DNA of 64,000 nucleotides from Candidatus Bathyarchaeota archaeon (GCA_963782525.1 CAWAKC010000002.1:52443-116442), one strand, 5' to 3'; shown: positions 49,410-58,898, numbered from the stretch's first letter. The notes: a model not told the origin generated them from the letters alone. Program-made: numbers and translations.

Positions 49410-50311
49410 CCCTGCAGACCAAGGAAGCTGAGTTTTGGCGTTGGCAAGAATACCACCGCATAATGCCCGGCAAAAAATGGAGCAGCAAAGATCTAATCAC
49501 AGCAGGCGTAGACGTTGGCTCCGTCGGGTCAAAAGCTGCCATCATGGTGAACGGTGAAGCTTACAGTTGGGGCATCACTCGCACAGGCAGCAATAGCCCT
49601 GAAAGCGCCACAAAAGCCCTCAACTACGCACTCGAAGGCACGGGACTCAAGGCAACCGACCTAAAATACATCGTTGGCACTGGCTATGGACGCGTCAACG
49701 TACCTATGGCAAACAAAGCCATAACCGAAATCGCCTGCCACGCAAAAGGCGCCAACTACATTTGGGGACCCACCGTCCGAACCGTACTTGACGTTGGCGG
49801 ACAAGACATCAAAGCCATTCGCATCGACGAAACCGGCAGAGTCGTCTCCTTCCTCATGAACGACAAATGCGCAGCGGGAACAGGCAGAGGCATGGAAGTC
49901 TTCGCAGATTTATTGCAGGTCCCTATAGAACAAATCGGTGATATATCTCTCAAAGTGGAAAAAGAACCTGAACCCGTAAGCTGCACATGTGTTGCCTTCG
50001 CAAAAACCGAAGCCATGGGACTGCTACGCAAGGGCTGGACTAAAGAAAAAGTTTTAGCGGCCTACACACTGGCGATGGCTGTTCGCATGGCCAACCTAAT
50101 CAACCGAGTAGGCTTAGAAAAAGAACTGGTAATTACAGGTGGGCAATCTAAAAATAAAGGCATAGTTAGTAGAATCGAAACTATTCTGGGTGTAAAGACG
50201 CTTCCGACGCCTAAGTGGCGAGAAGAAGGCAGCTTAGACCCCATGGTTGCAGGAGCATTTGGCGCAGCCCTATTAGCTAAAGCCCTCTACGAGAAAGCGC
50301 AGAAGCCATAG
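49406..50311 (+). CDS. ASKHA ATPase activator subunit, BzdQ-like
   Basis: N-terminal EFWRW.E extension, GVDVGSV, TGYGRVNVP, EIACHAKG, MNDKCAAGTGRG, CVAFAKTE. Confidence 0.87.
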   Translation: MTLQTKEAEFWRWQEYHRIMPGKKWSSKDLITAGVDVGSVGSKAAIMVNGEAYSWGITRTGSNSPESATKALNYALEGTGLKATDLKYIVGTGYGRVNVPMANKAITEIACHAKGANYIWGPTVRTVLDVGGQDIKAIRIDETGRVVSFLMNDKCAAGTGRGMEVFADLLQVPIEQIGDISLKVEKEPEPVSCTCVAFAKTEAMGLLRKGWTKEKVLAAYTLAMAVRMANLINRVGLEKELVITGGQSKNKGIVSRIETILGVKTLPTPKWREEGSLDPMVAGAFGAALLAKALYEKAQKP

Positions 50312-50608
50312 GTGAAAGGTTTGATTACGCATTACGGCTACATCGACGGGTCAGGCGAATACTACATCGTAATCGACTCAGACAAGTGCACTGGATGTGG
50401 TAAATGCGTTGAAATCTGCCCCCGAAGAGCGCTCGAATTAATCTCCGAATTTATCGATTTAGAGGATAAAACAGTGGCAGCGGTAAGTGAGGGGCACCGC
50501 AAAAAAATCCGTTACACTTGTGGCACCTGCAAACCTGAACAAAACCCAACCCCGTGTGTCTTAGTTTGCGGCTCAAAAGCGATAAAATGCGTTTGGAATC
50601 CCCTTTAA
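50312..50608 (+). CDS. ferredoxin, BzdM-like
   Basis: YGYIDGSGEYYIVIDSDKCTGCGKCVEICP...HRKKIRYTCGTCKP...PCVLVC. Confidence 0.85.
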   Translation: MKGLITHYGYIDGSGEYYIVIDSDKCTGCGKCVEICPRRALELISEFIDLEDKTVAAVSEGHRKKIRYTCGTCKPEQNPTPCVLVCGSKAIKCVWNPL

Positions 50609-50627
50609 AAATTTTTCAAGTTTAGGC

Positions 50628-51257
50628 TTAACGTGCCGCTTTCCACAACAACAATATCACAAGGGCAAAGATGATTGCTAACACGATTAACGCAACAATC
50701 AGTATTGACCAACCGTCGATAGCGAGGGGTTGTGCGGTGGGCTTCGGAGTAGGTGAGGGGCTGGGTGTCGCGGTCGGTGCTGGCGTAGGTGATGGAGTGG
50801 CTGTTGGTGTTGGGGTAGGAGTTGGTGTTTGGGTTGGAGTTGGCGATGGAGCTGGTGTGGGTGCTGGTGGAACTGCAACGGTAACCGTGAAATTCGTGGC
50901 GGCTACCACATCATTGGTTGTGTTGTCTTGAACTTTTATGTTCCATAGGTAGGTGCCGTTGGTCGTGAATGTGTAGGCAATCCTGTTTGTGGTTGCGTTT
51001 TGTGGGGAGGATTGGCAGACGGTGTCTGTTCCATTTATTATTAGTTTTGCGCCAGATAATGAGTTGTTACCAACCAGTGTTGGTGTGTAGGTGAAGTTGC
51101 AGTCAAAAGTGGTAAGGGTGCTGCCGTCTGCTGGAATGTTAAGTGTCACCGTTAATGTTTGGGGTGTATCGGTTTGGCTGAAAGTTAAAATGAAGAAGCC
51201 TGCGTTTAGCAGTAAAACTAAGATAAGAGTTGCTAAGTAAGCTGGCTTGTGCTTCAT
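50628..51257 (-). CDS. surface protein with Ig-like domain, Pro/Thr linker and C-terminal TM anchor
   Basis: Signal/TM at N-terminus, GTYLWNI strand, many NxT sequons, (PT)n linker, C-terminal TM. Confidence 0.82.
   Translation of the reverse strand: MKHKPAYLATLILVLLLNAGFFILTFSQTDTPQTLTVTLNIPADGSTLTTFDCNFTYTPTLVGNNSLSGAKLIINGTDTVCQSSPQNATTNRIAYTFTTNGTYLWNIKVQDNTTNDVVAATNFTVTVAVPPAPTPAPSPTPTQTPTPTPTPTATPSPTPAPTATPSPSPTPKPTAQPLAIDGWSILIVALIVLAIIFALVILLLWKAAR
50730..50870 (-). repeat. low-complexity Pro/Thr/Ser/Ala linker repeat
   Basis: [45 protein letters not shown]. Confidence 0.8.
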
Positions 51258-51406
51258 GAGGTTAAGTTGCCAAGTTCATATTTATGTTTTTTCCAAACAA
51301 CAGTCCTATACATTTTAGCGGAAAAAGATGTATACGCTAAGAAGTTAGCCCTCGGCAATACAGCAATCTTATAAACTTATCAAATCGATAAGAGATAGAT
51401 GACAAG

Positions 51407-53071
51407 ATGACAGAAAAGACCAAACAAACACCTGAAACGCATGATTTGGCTTCACAGAGCATCTACAGTGCCCTTCCAATAGTTGGCGCATTCTCTTTTT
51501 CACAGCTTCTAAATTACCCTTACAATTTCTTACTCTTTCTAATTCCATTTCTTGTGTGCGAAAGCGTTTTAATCGTGTTTTTTTGGGGCAAGAAAAACAA
51601 AAAGCAACAAGTCGCCGCTTTAGCGGCTCACCCTGAGCTCCAAAAGCCAAAACACACCAGCGTACCCATTGGGAAATACGAAATTTCAGACAACATCCTA
51701 AAGTTTTCTGTTAAGAAGGGACTGACTAAAAAACGATGGGTACCCCTCAAAGAAATCCCCGTTTACGAAATAGTGGGCATCGAAAGTTTAGGCAATGAAT
51801 TATCAGTAACGTGGAAAGGTGCCACTGACTGGTTTATCATTAAAAAGAAGGGTGCATCATTCAGCGGATTGCCTGAGCAAATTCAAAACTTGCTCGATGA
51901 GCACCAAAAAACCTTGGAAGCCACCGCAAAAGCTGCCCAACGCAAAACCAAACTATCTGAACTGCTTAATTTTTCTGTGGGCATCGTTGACTCATCATTC
52001 GATATGCTGATGGGCTTACAAGTTAAGCCTATTAACTGGGAAAAACTCGACATTTACGCAAACAGCCTAAAAGAAAAAACAGGCTTCAAAGGGCAAACCT
52101 TGGCGCCTTTGACGTTGGATTTTTCGAAGGTTGCCGAAGTAGTAAAAAGTCAAGTCCCCGAAAAAGCTTCAAAAGAAATCTTCGATGTGCTTAAAGCTGT
52201 TTATGTTTATTTTGAAGAGTTAAATTTGGAAGAAGACGTTGAACAGGTGCACCCGAACTTTAAAGATGCTAAAACTGCAATTCTGGCGTGTTTTACGTTG
52301 AATGATGTTTGGCTGGGCAAAATTGTCGGCGAAAAAGATAGCCAAAAAGAAACTTTGGTTCTCAAAGATGCTCTGCAGAACTTAGCCAACCATTCCGTTT
52401 TTAAAATTAACTTTGAAGCCCTCAAAGCAAGCTTCGACAAGACAAGTCCTGATGCTGAATTGGAAGGCGATATCGAGGAAACCAGAGAAACCTTCAAAAC
52501 GCAACTAAGAAACCTCGGCCACCCCATGGAGCAAACTGAAGCCACAGCGCCCCCAACCGAATCAGTTGCTGCGCCGTCAGAACAGTCGCTGCCTGCACCT
52601 CAAGAAATCGCTCCGCCGCCTGAACCTATAATTCCAGTAACCGAGCCAACATCGATTCCTGAACCAACTGAACCCCCGCAGTCCCCAACCATAGAACCTC
52701 CAATCGAACCAGAACCAGTCATCCAACCTTCCGCTGAGCATGAGCCGTCCACTGTTGTGCTGACAATCGAGCCCCAGTCCACAATTGGGTTGCCAAATGA
52801 ACCTGTTCTTGTTGAACAAACGGAGCCGCCGAAACCTCAGGAACCAGTGCAATCTGCTGCGATTGAAGGGACATCAGTGGAGCATGCTGTTGAATCGACA
52901 TTGGGTGTGCCGCAGAGTATTGAGGAGTCTTCGACTGTGGAGCCTGAAGTTCAAGTGCAGGAGCCTGTGAAAGATGTTTTGCCGCCGGGTGAAGATGTGA
53001 AGGCTTCAGTTGAGGTGCTTAAGAAGAAGGGGTTGGGTCGACGTTTGCGGAAGGCAGTTATGGGGTACTAA
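51407..53071 (+). CDS. membrane-anchored hypothetical protein with long acidic Pro/Glu-rich tail
   Basis: Two N-terminal hydrophobic segments, helical middle, long EP-rich disordered region, basic end KKKGLGRRLRKAVMGY. Confidence 0.8.
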   Translation: MTEKTKQTPETHDLASQSIYSALPIVGAFSFSQLLNYPYNFLLFLIPFLVCESVLIVFFWGKKNKKQQVAALAAHPELQKPKHTSVPIGKYEISDNILKFSVKKGLTKKRWVPLKEIPVYEIVGIESLGNELSVTWKGATDWFIIKKKGASFSGLPEQIQNLLDEHQKTLEATAKAAQRKTKLSELLNFSVGIVDSSFDMLMGLQVKPINWEKLDIYANSLKEKTGFKGQTLAPLTLDFSKVAEVVKSQVPEKASKEIFDVLKAVYVYFEELNLEEDVEQVHPNFKDAKTAILACFTLNDVWLGKIVGEKDSQKETLVLKDALQNLANHSVFKINFEALKASFDKTSPDAELEGDIEETRETFKTQLRNLGHPMEQTEATAPPTESVAAPSEQSLPAPQEIAPPPEPIIPVTEPTSIPEPTEPPQSPTIEPPIEPEPVIQPSAEHEPSTVVLTIEPQSTIGLPNEPVLVEQTEPPKPQEPVQSAAIEGTSVEHAVESTLGVPQSIEESSTVEPEVQVQEPVKDVLPPGEDVKASVEVLKKKGLGRRLRKAVMGY

Positions 53072-53181
53072 ATAGGTATAGGTGAAGAGTGATTATTGAG
53101 TATTGCTAATCAGTATACCAATACTGTCGCCCCAATATATCTTCCCAATTCGCTAGCTTTATCTACAGAAAACGAGAATGA

Positions 53182-53772
53182 GTGGTTGACAGTGGGGGTA
53201 GAAAAACGGATAAGAATCCACAATCAAAAGATGATGCTCTGGAAGCCTTAGACTTCATAGTAAACGTTCTAAAAGAGCACGAAAAAGACCTAGATAAATT
53301 AATCAACGAACTCGCAACCGTCACCGAACAAATAGGCGACACCGGTGAATTAAGCAGTAAAGTCCAAAAAGTGGAAGAAAAAATAGACGTACTCCAAAAA
53401 CAAGTGACATCCCTAATTAACTCCTTATTAGGTACATCAAAAGAAGCCTCGCCCGCATCCGCTGCCGCGTTACAGCAAAACGAAGCGGCGCCTACATCTG
53501 CGTTGACAGAGGTGGTGCGGAGTGGTCCATCGGTGGTTCTGCGTTGCAGCCAATGGGAAGACTTCCAAACCTTAGCAACAAAAGCCCAAACTATATCATT
53601 CAGCTATAAAGAACAAGAAAAAATCTTCCAAGCAGACGCCCTAAAAGGAAACCAAGTAATCACTTATAGCGGCTCTCTTCCAAAACTCAGCAGCATCCTA
53701 AAACAGTGGCTCTCCAAGCAGCTCGACGTACCCGATCGAAGTGTCCTAGAAGGCGTCCTAGTAGTAAGCTAA
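53182..53772 (+). CDS. hypothetical protein with N-terminal coiled coil
   Basis: LDFIVNVLKEHEKDLDKLINEL heptads, linker, small C-terminal alpha/beta domain. Confidence 0.8.
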   Translation: MVDSGGRKTDKNPQSKDDALEALDFIVNVLKEHEKDLDKLINELATVTEQIGDTGELSSKVQKVEEKIDVLQKQVTSLINSLLGTSKEASPASAAALQQNEAAPTSALTEVVRSGPSVVLRCSQWEDFQTLATKAQTISFSYKEQEKIFQADALKGNQVITYSGSLPKLSSILKQWLSKQLDVPDRSVLEGVLVVS

Positions 53773-53808
53773 ATCCATATTTCCAATCCATTTTTTCACT
53801 TCATAAGC

Positions 53809-53816
53809 CTTATAAG
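53809..53816 (+). promoter_or_regulatory. TATA box 24 nt before the intergenic hairpin
   Basis: CTTATAAG ends 24 nt upstream of G53840, the first base of the hairpin. Confidence 0.45.
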
Positions 53817-53839
53817 AATTTTAGAACAACCAATGTACC

Positions 53840-53985
53840 GTTAGTGGTTGGAGGAATTGGTTAGGGTTGAAGGTAGACCAACTTGCCAAAGAACAATTTC
53901 CGTTTTCGAAGCCTTCTCCTTTCTCCTCGATACGGATGGCTATTGGTAACCAACACACATAACCAACCTCCAAAGTAACACTAAC
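53840..53985. ncRNA. candidate rod-shaped structured ncRNA
   Basis: Nested complementary blocks GTTAGTG/CACTAAC, TTGGAGG/CCTCCAA, TTGGTTA/TAACCAA, ACCAA/TTGGT, GCCA/TGGC, TCCGT/ACGGA, TCGA/TCGA between convergent genes. Confidence 0.55.
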
Positions 53986-54103
53986 AAAAATTCTCAACAA
54001 CACTTTTAAAACTGGGCATGTTTAGATCCTGTTAGGATATCATAGAATTAACCTTAGTACGCAAAAAAGCATTAAGATATTTTCAAAATTAATAAAAAAA
54101 GTA

Positions 54104-55069
54104 TTAGGCTGACTCGCATTTATGCAAGAGCCGTTTCCAGCGTTCGTCTGTGGTTTGTTGGATTTGGTCGATTACGTGTTTGTTTTGTGGGGTGAAGAGG
54201 TGTCGGAATCTGCCTTGTCCTTCCAGGTAACTGGTGACGGGTTTCTTCTTCTGCGGTGCGAGCGAGATGAGTTTGCTGGGGATGCTGAGTTGGCGTTTGC
54301 CGTTGACTGCTTCCCAGATGGGGAACACGCAGGTTTCGACGGACAGTTTGCTGAACTCCATGGTTTTTGCTGGTTCACTTCTCCAGCCACGGGGGCAAGG
54401 TGCAAAGATATGTAGAAACGCTGGTCCTTCTACTTCTATGCCTTTGCGTACTTTGGTCATGAGGTCTTTCCAGTAGTAAGGTGTTGCAGTAGCTACGTAT
54501 TCCATGTCGTGGGCTAGCATGATTTCGGTTATGGGTTTTTTCTGTTCCAGTTTGCCTGGGTTAACGGAGCCTGCTGGGGTTGTGGTTGTTGATGCCCCCA
54601 TGGGAGTTGAGCTGCTTCGTTGGATTCCAGTGTTCATGTATCCCTCATTGTCGTAGAGCACGAAGAGAAAATCGTGTCCACGCTCCACTGCACCTGACAA
54701 GGCTTGCAAGCCGATGTCTACGGTTCCGCCGTCGCCTGCTATGGCGATAACGTCTATTTGTTCTTGTTTGATTTTGCCTTTCTTTTTCAGTATTTTCAGC
54801 GCTGCCTCGATGCCGGAAGCGTTTGCTGCCGCGTTCTCAAAAGCGGTGTGAAGCCAGGGTAGTGCCCAAGACGAGTATGGGTATATTGAGCCGACTATTT
54901 CCATGCAACCTGTTGCTTGAGTTACGATGGTTGGTCCACGAGTTGCCTTCATAATCATGCGCAGCACAGCGGCTGGTCCGCATCCTGCACATGCACGGTG
55001 GCCTGAAAGGAACAGGTCTGGTTTGTTTGCGATGTCTTTAGCTGTAAATTTCCATTCTTGAATTGTCAT
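54104..55069 (-). CDS. porB: pyruvate/2-oxoacid:ferredoxin oxidoreductase beta subunit
   Basis: GHRACAGC, TGCME, GDGGT, DNEGYMNTGIQRS, PCPRGW. Confidence 0.93.
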   Translation of the reverse strand: MTIQEWKFTAKDIANKPDLFLSGHRACAGCGPAAVLRMIMKATRGPTIVTQATGCMEIVGSIYPYSSWALPWLHTAFENAAANASGIEAALKILKKKGKIKQEQIDVIAIAGDGGTVDIGLQALSGAVERGHDFLFVLYDNEGYMNTGIQRSSSTPMGASTTTTPAGSVNPGKLEQKKPITEIMLAHDMEYVATATPYYWKDLMTKVRKGIEVEGPAFLHIFAPCPRGWRSEPAKTMEFSKLSVETCVFPIWEAVNGKRQLSIPSKLISLAPQKKKPVTSYLEGQGRFRHLFTPQNKHVIDQIQQTTDERWKRLLHKCESA

Positions 55070-55080
55070 TTTCTCTTCTC

Positions 55081-56313
55081 CTACTCCCTTAATCCTAGAT
55101 AGTTCACCTGCTTCTCGACAACGCCAGTTTTCGTTATCCGAGTCAAGTCTTCAAAGATCCGTCGTAAGTCACGTGGGCTGCTATCTCTGCCGCCTAAACC
55201 AAAAATATAGTTCACAATGATTGGCTTTTCTTTTAAGTCGAATAAGGCATTTCTAACTTCGCTGAAGACTGCTGCGCCTAAGCCGCCTGGACTCATGCTT
55301 TTATCCATAACTGCAAGGATTTTGACGTTTTTGAGGGCATTTTTGAGGTTTTCAGAGGGGAATGGGCGGAAAGTGCGTAGCCGCAGAATACCTGCTTTGA
55401 TGCCTTCTTGACGAAGTTGGTCAACGATAACCTTCAGTGTTCCAGCGGTTGAGCCGACTACGACAATTGCAATTTCTGCGTCTTCGAGTTTGTAGGGGTC
55501 GATGAGTCCGTTGCCGTAGCTTCGGCCGCTTAGTCTTGCGTATTCAGCGTTGATTTCTTGGATTTTTTTAAGTGCGTTTCGCATGGCTTCTTCTTGTTGG
55601 CGTTTAAACTCGAAATAATAGTTCGGTGAAACGTTTGGTCCCATAAGCATGGGGTTTTCAGTGTCAAGTTTGAAGGGCACGGTTTTGCCTTCGTGAGTGA
55701 GGACCATTGGAAACTGGCGTTCTCCAACAAACCCTTTGACAACATCTTCGGGTAAAATGTCTGCGCGTTCGAGTGTATGGCTGATTGTGAAGCCATCTAA
55801 CCCCACAATTATTGGCAGAGAAACCCCAATGTCTTCAGCTATCCTGAAGGCTTGTATGGTCGAGTCGTATGCTTCCTGAGCGTTTTCCACGTAAATCTGT
55901 ATCCACCCGCTGTCTCGTTCAGCCATGCTGTCAGAGTGGTCGCCATGAATGTTTAGTGGTGAAGACAATGCTCGGTTAGCCACTGCCATTACAACTGGCG
56001 CTCTTGAACCGGAAGTGACGAAGAGCATTTCATGCATTAGAGCTAAGCCTGCTGATGCGCTGGCGGTGAAAGTTCGTGCTCCTGTCACAGATGCGGCAAG
56101 ACATGCGGTCATGGCGCTGTGTTCTGATTCGGTGCAGACGAATTCTGTTGGTACTTCACCGTTTGCGACATATTCGCTGAATTTTTCGACAATGATTGTT
56201 TGTGGTGTAATTGGGTAAGCTGCAACTACATCGACGTCGCATTGTTTAACTGCGAAGGCAACTGCTTCATCTCCATTCATCGCTGTGGTTTCTTGTTTAG
56301 GTTTTTGCGTCAT
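55081..56313 (-). CDS. porA: pyruvate/2-oxoacid:ferredoxin oxidoreductase alpha subunit
   Basis: AYPITPQT, ESEHSA, NRALSSPLNIHGDHSD, GLGGRD. Confidence 0.93.
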   Translation of the reverse strand: MTQKPKQETTAMNGDEAVAFAVKQCDVDVVAAYPITPQTIIVEKFSEYVANGEVPTEFVCTESEHSAMTACLAASVTGARTFTASASAGLALMHEMLFVTSGSRAPVVMAVANRALSSPLNIHGDHSDSMAERDSGWIQIYVENAQEAYDSTIQAFRIAEDIGVSLPIIVGLDGFTISHTLERADILPEDVVKGFVGERQFPMVLTHEGKTVPFKLDTENPMLMGPNVSPNYYFEFKRQQEEAMRNALKKIQEINAEYARLSGRSYGNGLIDPYKLEDAEIAIVVVGSTAGTLKVIVDQLRQEGIKAGILRLRTFRPFPSENLKNALKNVKILAVMDKSMSPGGLGAAVFSEVRNALFDLKEKPIIVNYIFGLGGRDSSPRDLRRIFEDLTRITKTGVVEKQVNYLGLRE

Positions 56314-56316
56314 TTT

Positions 56317-56601
56317 TTATTCCTCAGGCATTTTCATTGTTATTGCTTTAGTGGGACATTCGTTTGCGCATATTCCGCAGCCCTTACAAAAGCTAAAGTC
56401 GAACTCGATTTTCCCCATTTCTGGACGCCACTTAATTGCGCCCTCGGGGCACATCATTACGCAAGTTAAGCAAGTGGTGCACTTTTCGAGGTCGCGGATG
56501 GGCATATAGGTTTTCCAGTCACCAGTCATGAATCCGATGCTGGATTTGGATGGGATGGCAGCGATAGATATTTCTTTCCAACCTTTTTCTTTGCTGCTCA
56601 T
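56317..56601 (-). CDS. porD: pyruvate/2-oxoacid:ferredoxin oxidoreductase delta subunit
   Basis: TGDWK, CTTCLTC..CP, CKGCGICANECP. Confidence 0.92.
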   Translation of the reverse strand: MSSKEKGWKEISIAAIPSKSSIGFMTGDWKTYMPIRDLEKCTTCLTCVMMCPEGAIKWRPEMGKIEFDFSFCKGCGICANECPTKAITMKMPEE

Positions 56602-57161
56602 ATCACTTTTGCCTCCTTGTAGGCTTCTTGTATGACTGCAAAGTTTTTCTCGGCTAAGTCAGGTCTAAATCGTCCTTTCAAGGTTTTTTCGATTCCTTCT
56701 AAAGTCACGATTCCAGTTGCTTTGGCAACAACGCCTAGCAGGGCTGTGTTGGTGATTGGAGCACCCAAAATTCTTAGTGCAATCTCAGTAGCTGGTACTG
56801 TCCAAACTTTGCACTTGGTAACTCGTAGGTTTTCTTTCAAAGCGGCTGGTTCCTCAGCTGAATTTATGATTAAATTTGTTTCATCACGGTTTAATCCCGC
56901 GGTCACTGGAACAGATTTTAGCAGTGTATTGTCTAAAACTATCGCTACATCTGGGTCATAGATTGCACAATGTAACCTTATTGGTTCAGTGCTTATTCTG
57001 GTGAAAGCCGTTACTGGTGCTCCCATTCGTTCTGGCCCAAACTCTGGGAAAGATTGGATGTATTTGCCCTCATCGAGGGCTGTTCTAGCCAAAAGTTCGC
57101 TGGCTGTCCAAGCGCCCTGTCCGCCTCTACCATGCCATCTAAACTCTACCATAGTTTTCAA
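56598..57161 (-). CDS. porG: pyruvate/2-oxoacid:ferredoxin oxidoreductase gamma subunit
   Basis: EFRWHGRGGQG, FPEFGPERMGAPV; start moved to TTG 57161 after GAGGGG. Confidence 0.92.
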   Translation of the reverse strand: MKTMVEFRWHGRGGQGAWTASELLARTALDEGKYIQSFPEFGPERMGAPVTAFTRISTEPIRLHCAIYDPDVAIVLDNTLLKSVPVTAGLNRDETNLIINSAEEPAALKENLRVTKCKVWTVPATEIALRILGAPITNTALLGVVAKATGIVTLEGIEKTLKGRFRPDLAEKNFAVIQEAYKEAKVI

Positions 57162-57434
57162 AGCAATCCCCTCACTAAGTCTTTTCTTCAATAAATTCAC
57201 ACTTACCTTGATATACATTTTTCTAGTAAAACGCAAAAACGCTCCAATTGAATGTAAAATTAACCCCCAGCTACATTTACATAAAAACAAATAACGCACC
57301 CTGAAATTCAAAATAAAACATGGTTATTTTTACTCTTAAAGCAAGTTAGCAATAAAGTTATATCCTCCGTTTAAATGAATAGATGTTGACACTCTAAAGT
57401 CATTTTAAAAGTATGAGTTTAAGGAGAAAAGGGA

Positions 57435-58898
57435 ATGGCAGATGTGCTTTTAACGGCTGACAGAACACTCATGAGTAATTATCATCGTAACGAATTCTTA
57501 GGGTTCGGTACTTGTGCACCTCCAAACTTTGTTCCTGAATGGCTCTACAGCTACCTCTTTTTCCCTCCTCTAAAAACAAGTAACGGTCAACCGTTTACAG
57601 CTCCATATGGCTTGAGAAAAACTGAAGCCCAGCTTCTAAAAGAGGGCTTCAAAGTCCAAACTGTTAGTCCAAACCATCTGGAAAAAGCACTAAAAGACGC
57701 AAAAGTGCTAGGAATCCACGCGATGGATCCTTTTGGTTTAGGTCCAGCCTCAACAACACTTGCTTATATCTTCAAAAGAGAACCCTATCTAGCAAAATAT
57801 TTTGAAGCTTTACTAAAAAGCCCAGCTATCAAGAAAGCAAAACAAAACGGGTTAAAGGTGATCGTGGGCGGACCCGGTGCTTGGCAGTTTAAGTACCGAG
57901 AAAAATCAGTTAAAGACTTAGACATTGACTGTGTCTTTGAAGGGGAAGGAGAAAACGTTGTAGGAAAACTCTTTAAGGCAGCCATCGAAGGTCAAGAGCT
58001 TCCTCGTCACTACGAAGTCGGCGTTGGTGAAGTACCCAGTTTAGAAGAAATTCCTGATATCGTGCAGCCTTCCATCAACGGTTTAATCGAAATTGGAAGA
58101 GGCTGCTGCCGAGGATGCCAATTCTGCAACGTTACGTTGCGACCATTAAGATGGTATCCAATTGAAAAAATCGACCGTGAACTAGATGTTAACCTATCTT
58201 CAGGCAAGGTCACAAGTATTTGCCTTCATGCGGAAGACGTTATGTTATTTGGCTCAAATAACACTATACCAAACGAAGAAAAGCTCCTAAAACTTCATGA
58301 AACAGTGGTGAAAAAAGTCGATGGCATCAGTTGGAGTCACTGTTCAGTTGCGGCGGTAGCTTCGTCACCAAGGCTTTTTTCAAAGTTGTCAGAGACTATT
58401 TTGCAAAAGCAAACTTGGTGGGGTGTGGAAGTAGGCTTAGAAACTGGTTCCCCCGAGGTTGCAAAGAAGATTATGCCTGCGAAAGCTCACCCGTTCAAGG
58501 CTGACGATTGGCATGATGTGGTTGTCGACGGCATGGGTTTAATGCATGATAACCAACTGGTTCCTGCCTGCACTTTAATCGTGGGGTTGCCCGACGAGAA
58601 AGAAGAAGACGTCATTAAAACTATGGATTTAATCGATGACTTAAAAGACATGCGAAGCCTTATCGTACCATTATTCTTCGTTCCTTTAGGGAAGCTGACA
58701 AGTGAGGACTGGTTTACAGAAACAAAGCTTAGCGTCCTTCATAAACAGCTTCTGATTCGATGTGCTGAACACGACTTCCGCTGGGTTGATAACCTTCTTG
58801 ACTGGAGCATTAAAGGAAAATGGTACTCGCCATTAATGAAGGAGTTCTACAAAGGCTTCTCAGCGATTGCAAAGTATAAAGTCAGGCAAATTGAATAA
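57435..58898 (+). CDS. B12-binding-domain radical SAM enzyme, GDGT ring synthase (GrsA/GrsB)-like
   Basis: LTADRTLMS, APYGLRK, GGPGAWQ, RGCCRGCQFC (CxxxCxxC), GVEVGLETGS...IMPAK, VPLFFVP; motif string matches Grs-family proteins as I recall them. Confidence 0.75.
   Translation: MADVLLTADRTLMSNYHRNEFLGFGTCAPPNFVPEWLYSYLFFPPLKTSNGQPFTAPYGLRKTEAQLLKEGFKVQTVSPNHLEKALKDAKVLGIHAMDPFGLGPASTTLAYIFKREPYLAKYFEALLKSPAIKKAKQNGLKVIVGGPGAWQFKYREKSVKDLDIDCVFEGEGENVVGKLFKAAIEGQELPRHYEVGVGEVPSLEEIPDIVQPSINGLIEIGRGCCRGCQFCNVTLRPLRWYPIEKIDRELDVNLSSGKVTSICLHAEDVMLFGSNNTIPNEEKLLKLHETVVKKVDGISWSHCSVAAVASSPRLFSKLSETILQKQTWWGVEVGLETGSPEVAKKIMPAKAHPFKADDWHDVVVDGMGLMHDNQLVPACTLIVGLPDEKEEDVIKTMDLIDDLKDMRSLIVPLFFVPLGKLTSEDWFTETKLSVLHKQLLIRCAEHDFRWVDNLLDWSIKGKWYSPLMKEFYKGFSAIAKYKVRQIE

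Noticed and set aside
47266-50608. Canonical benzoyl-CoA reductase (bzdNOPQ)
   Set aside because: Only one HAD-family subunit is present, it has a two-triad Cys pattern, and no aromatic CoA ligase or dienoyl-CoA genes are nearby.
53821-54003. 60-aa minus-strand ORF from the track
   Set aside because: No recognisable protein features or SD; the interval is better explained by the long RNA hairpin.
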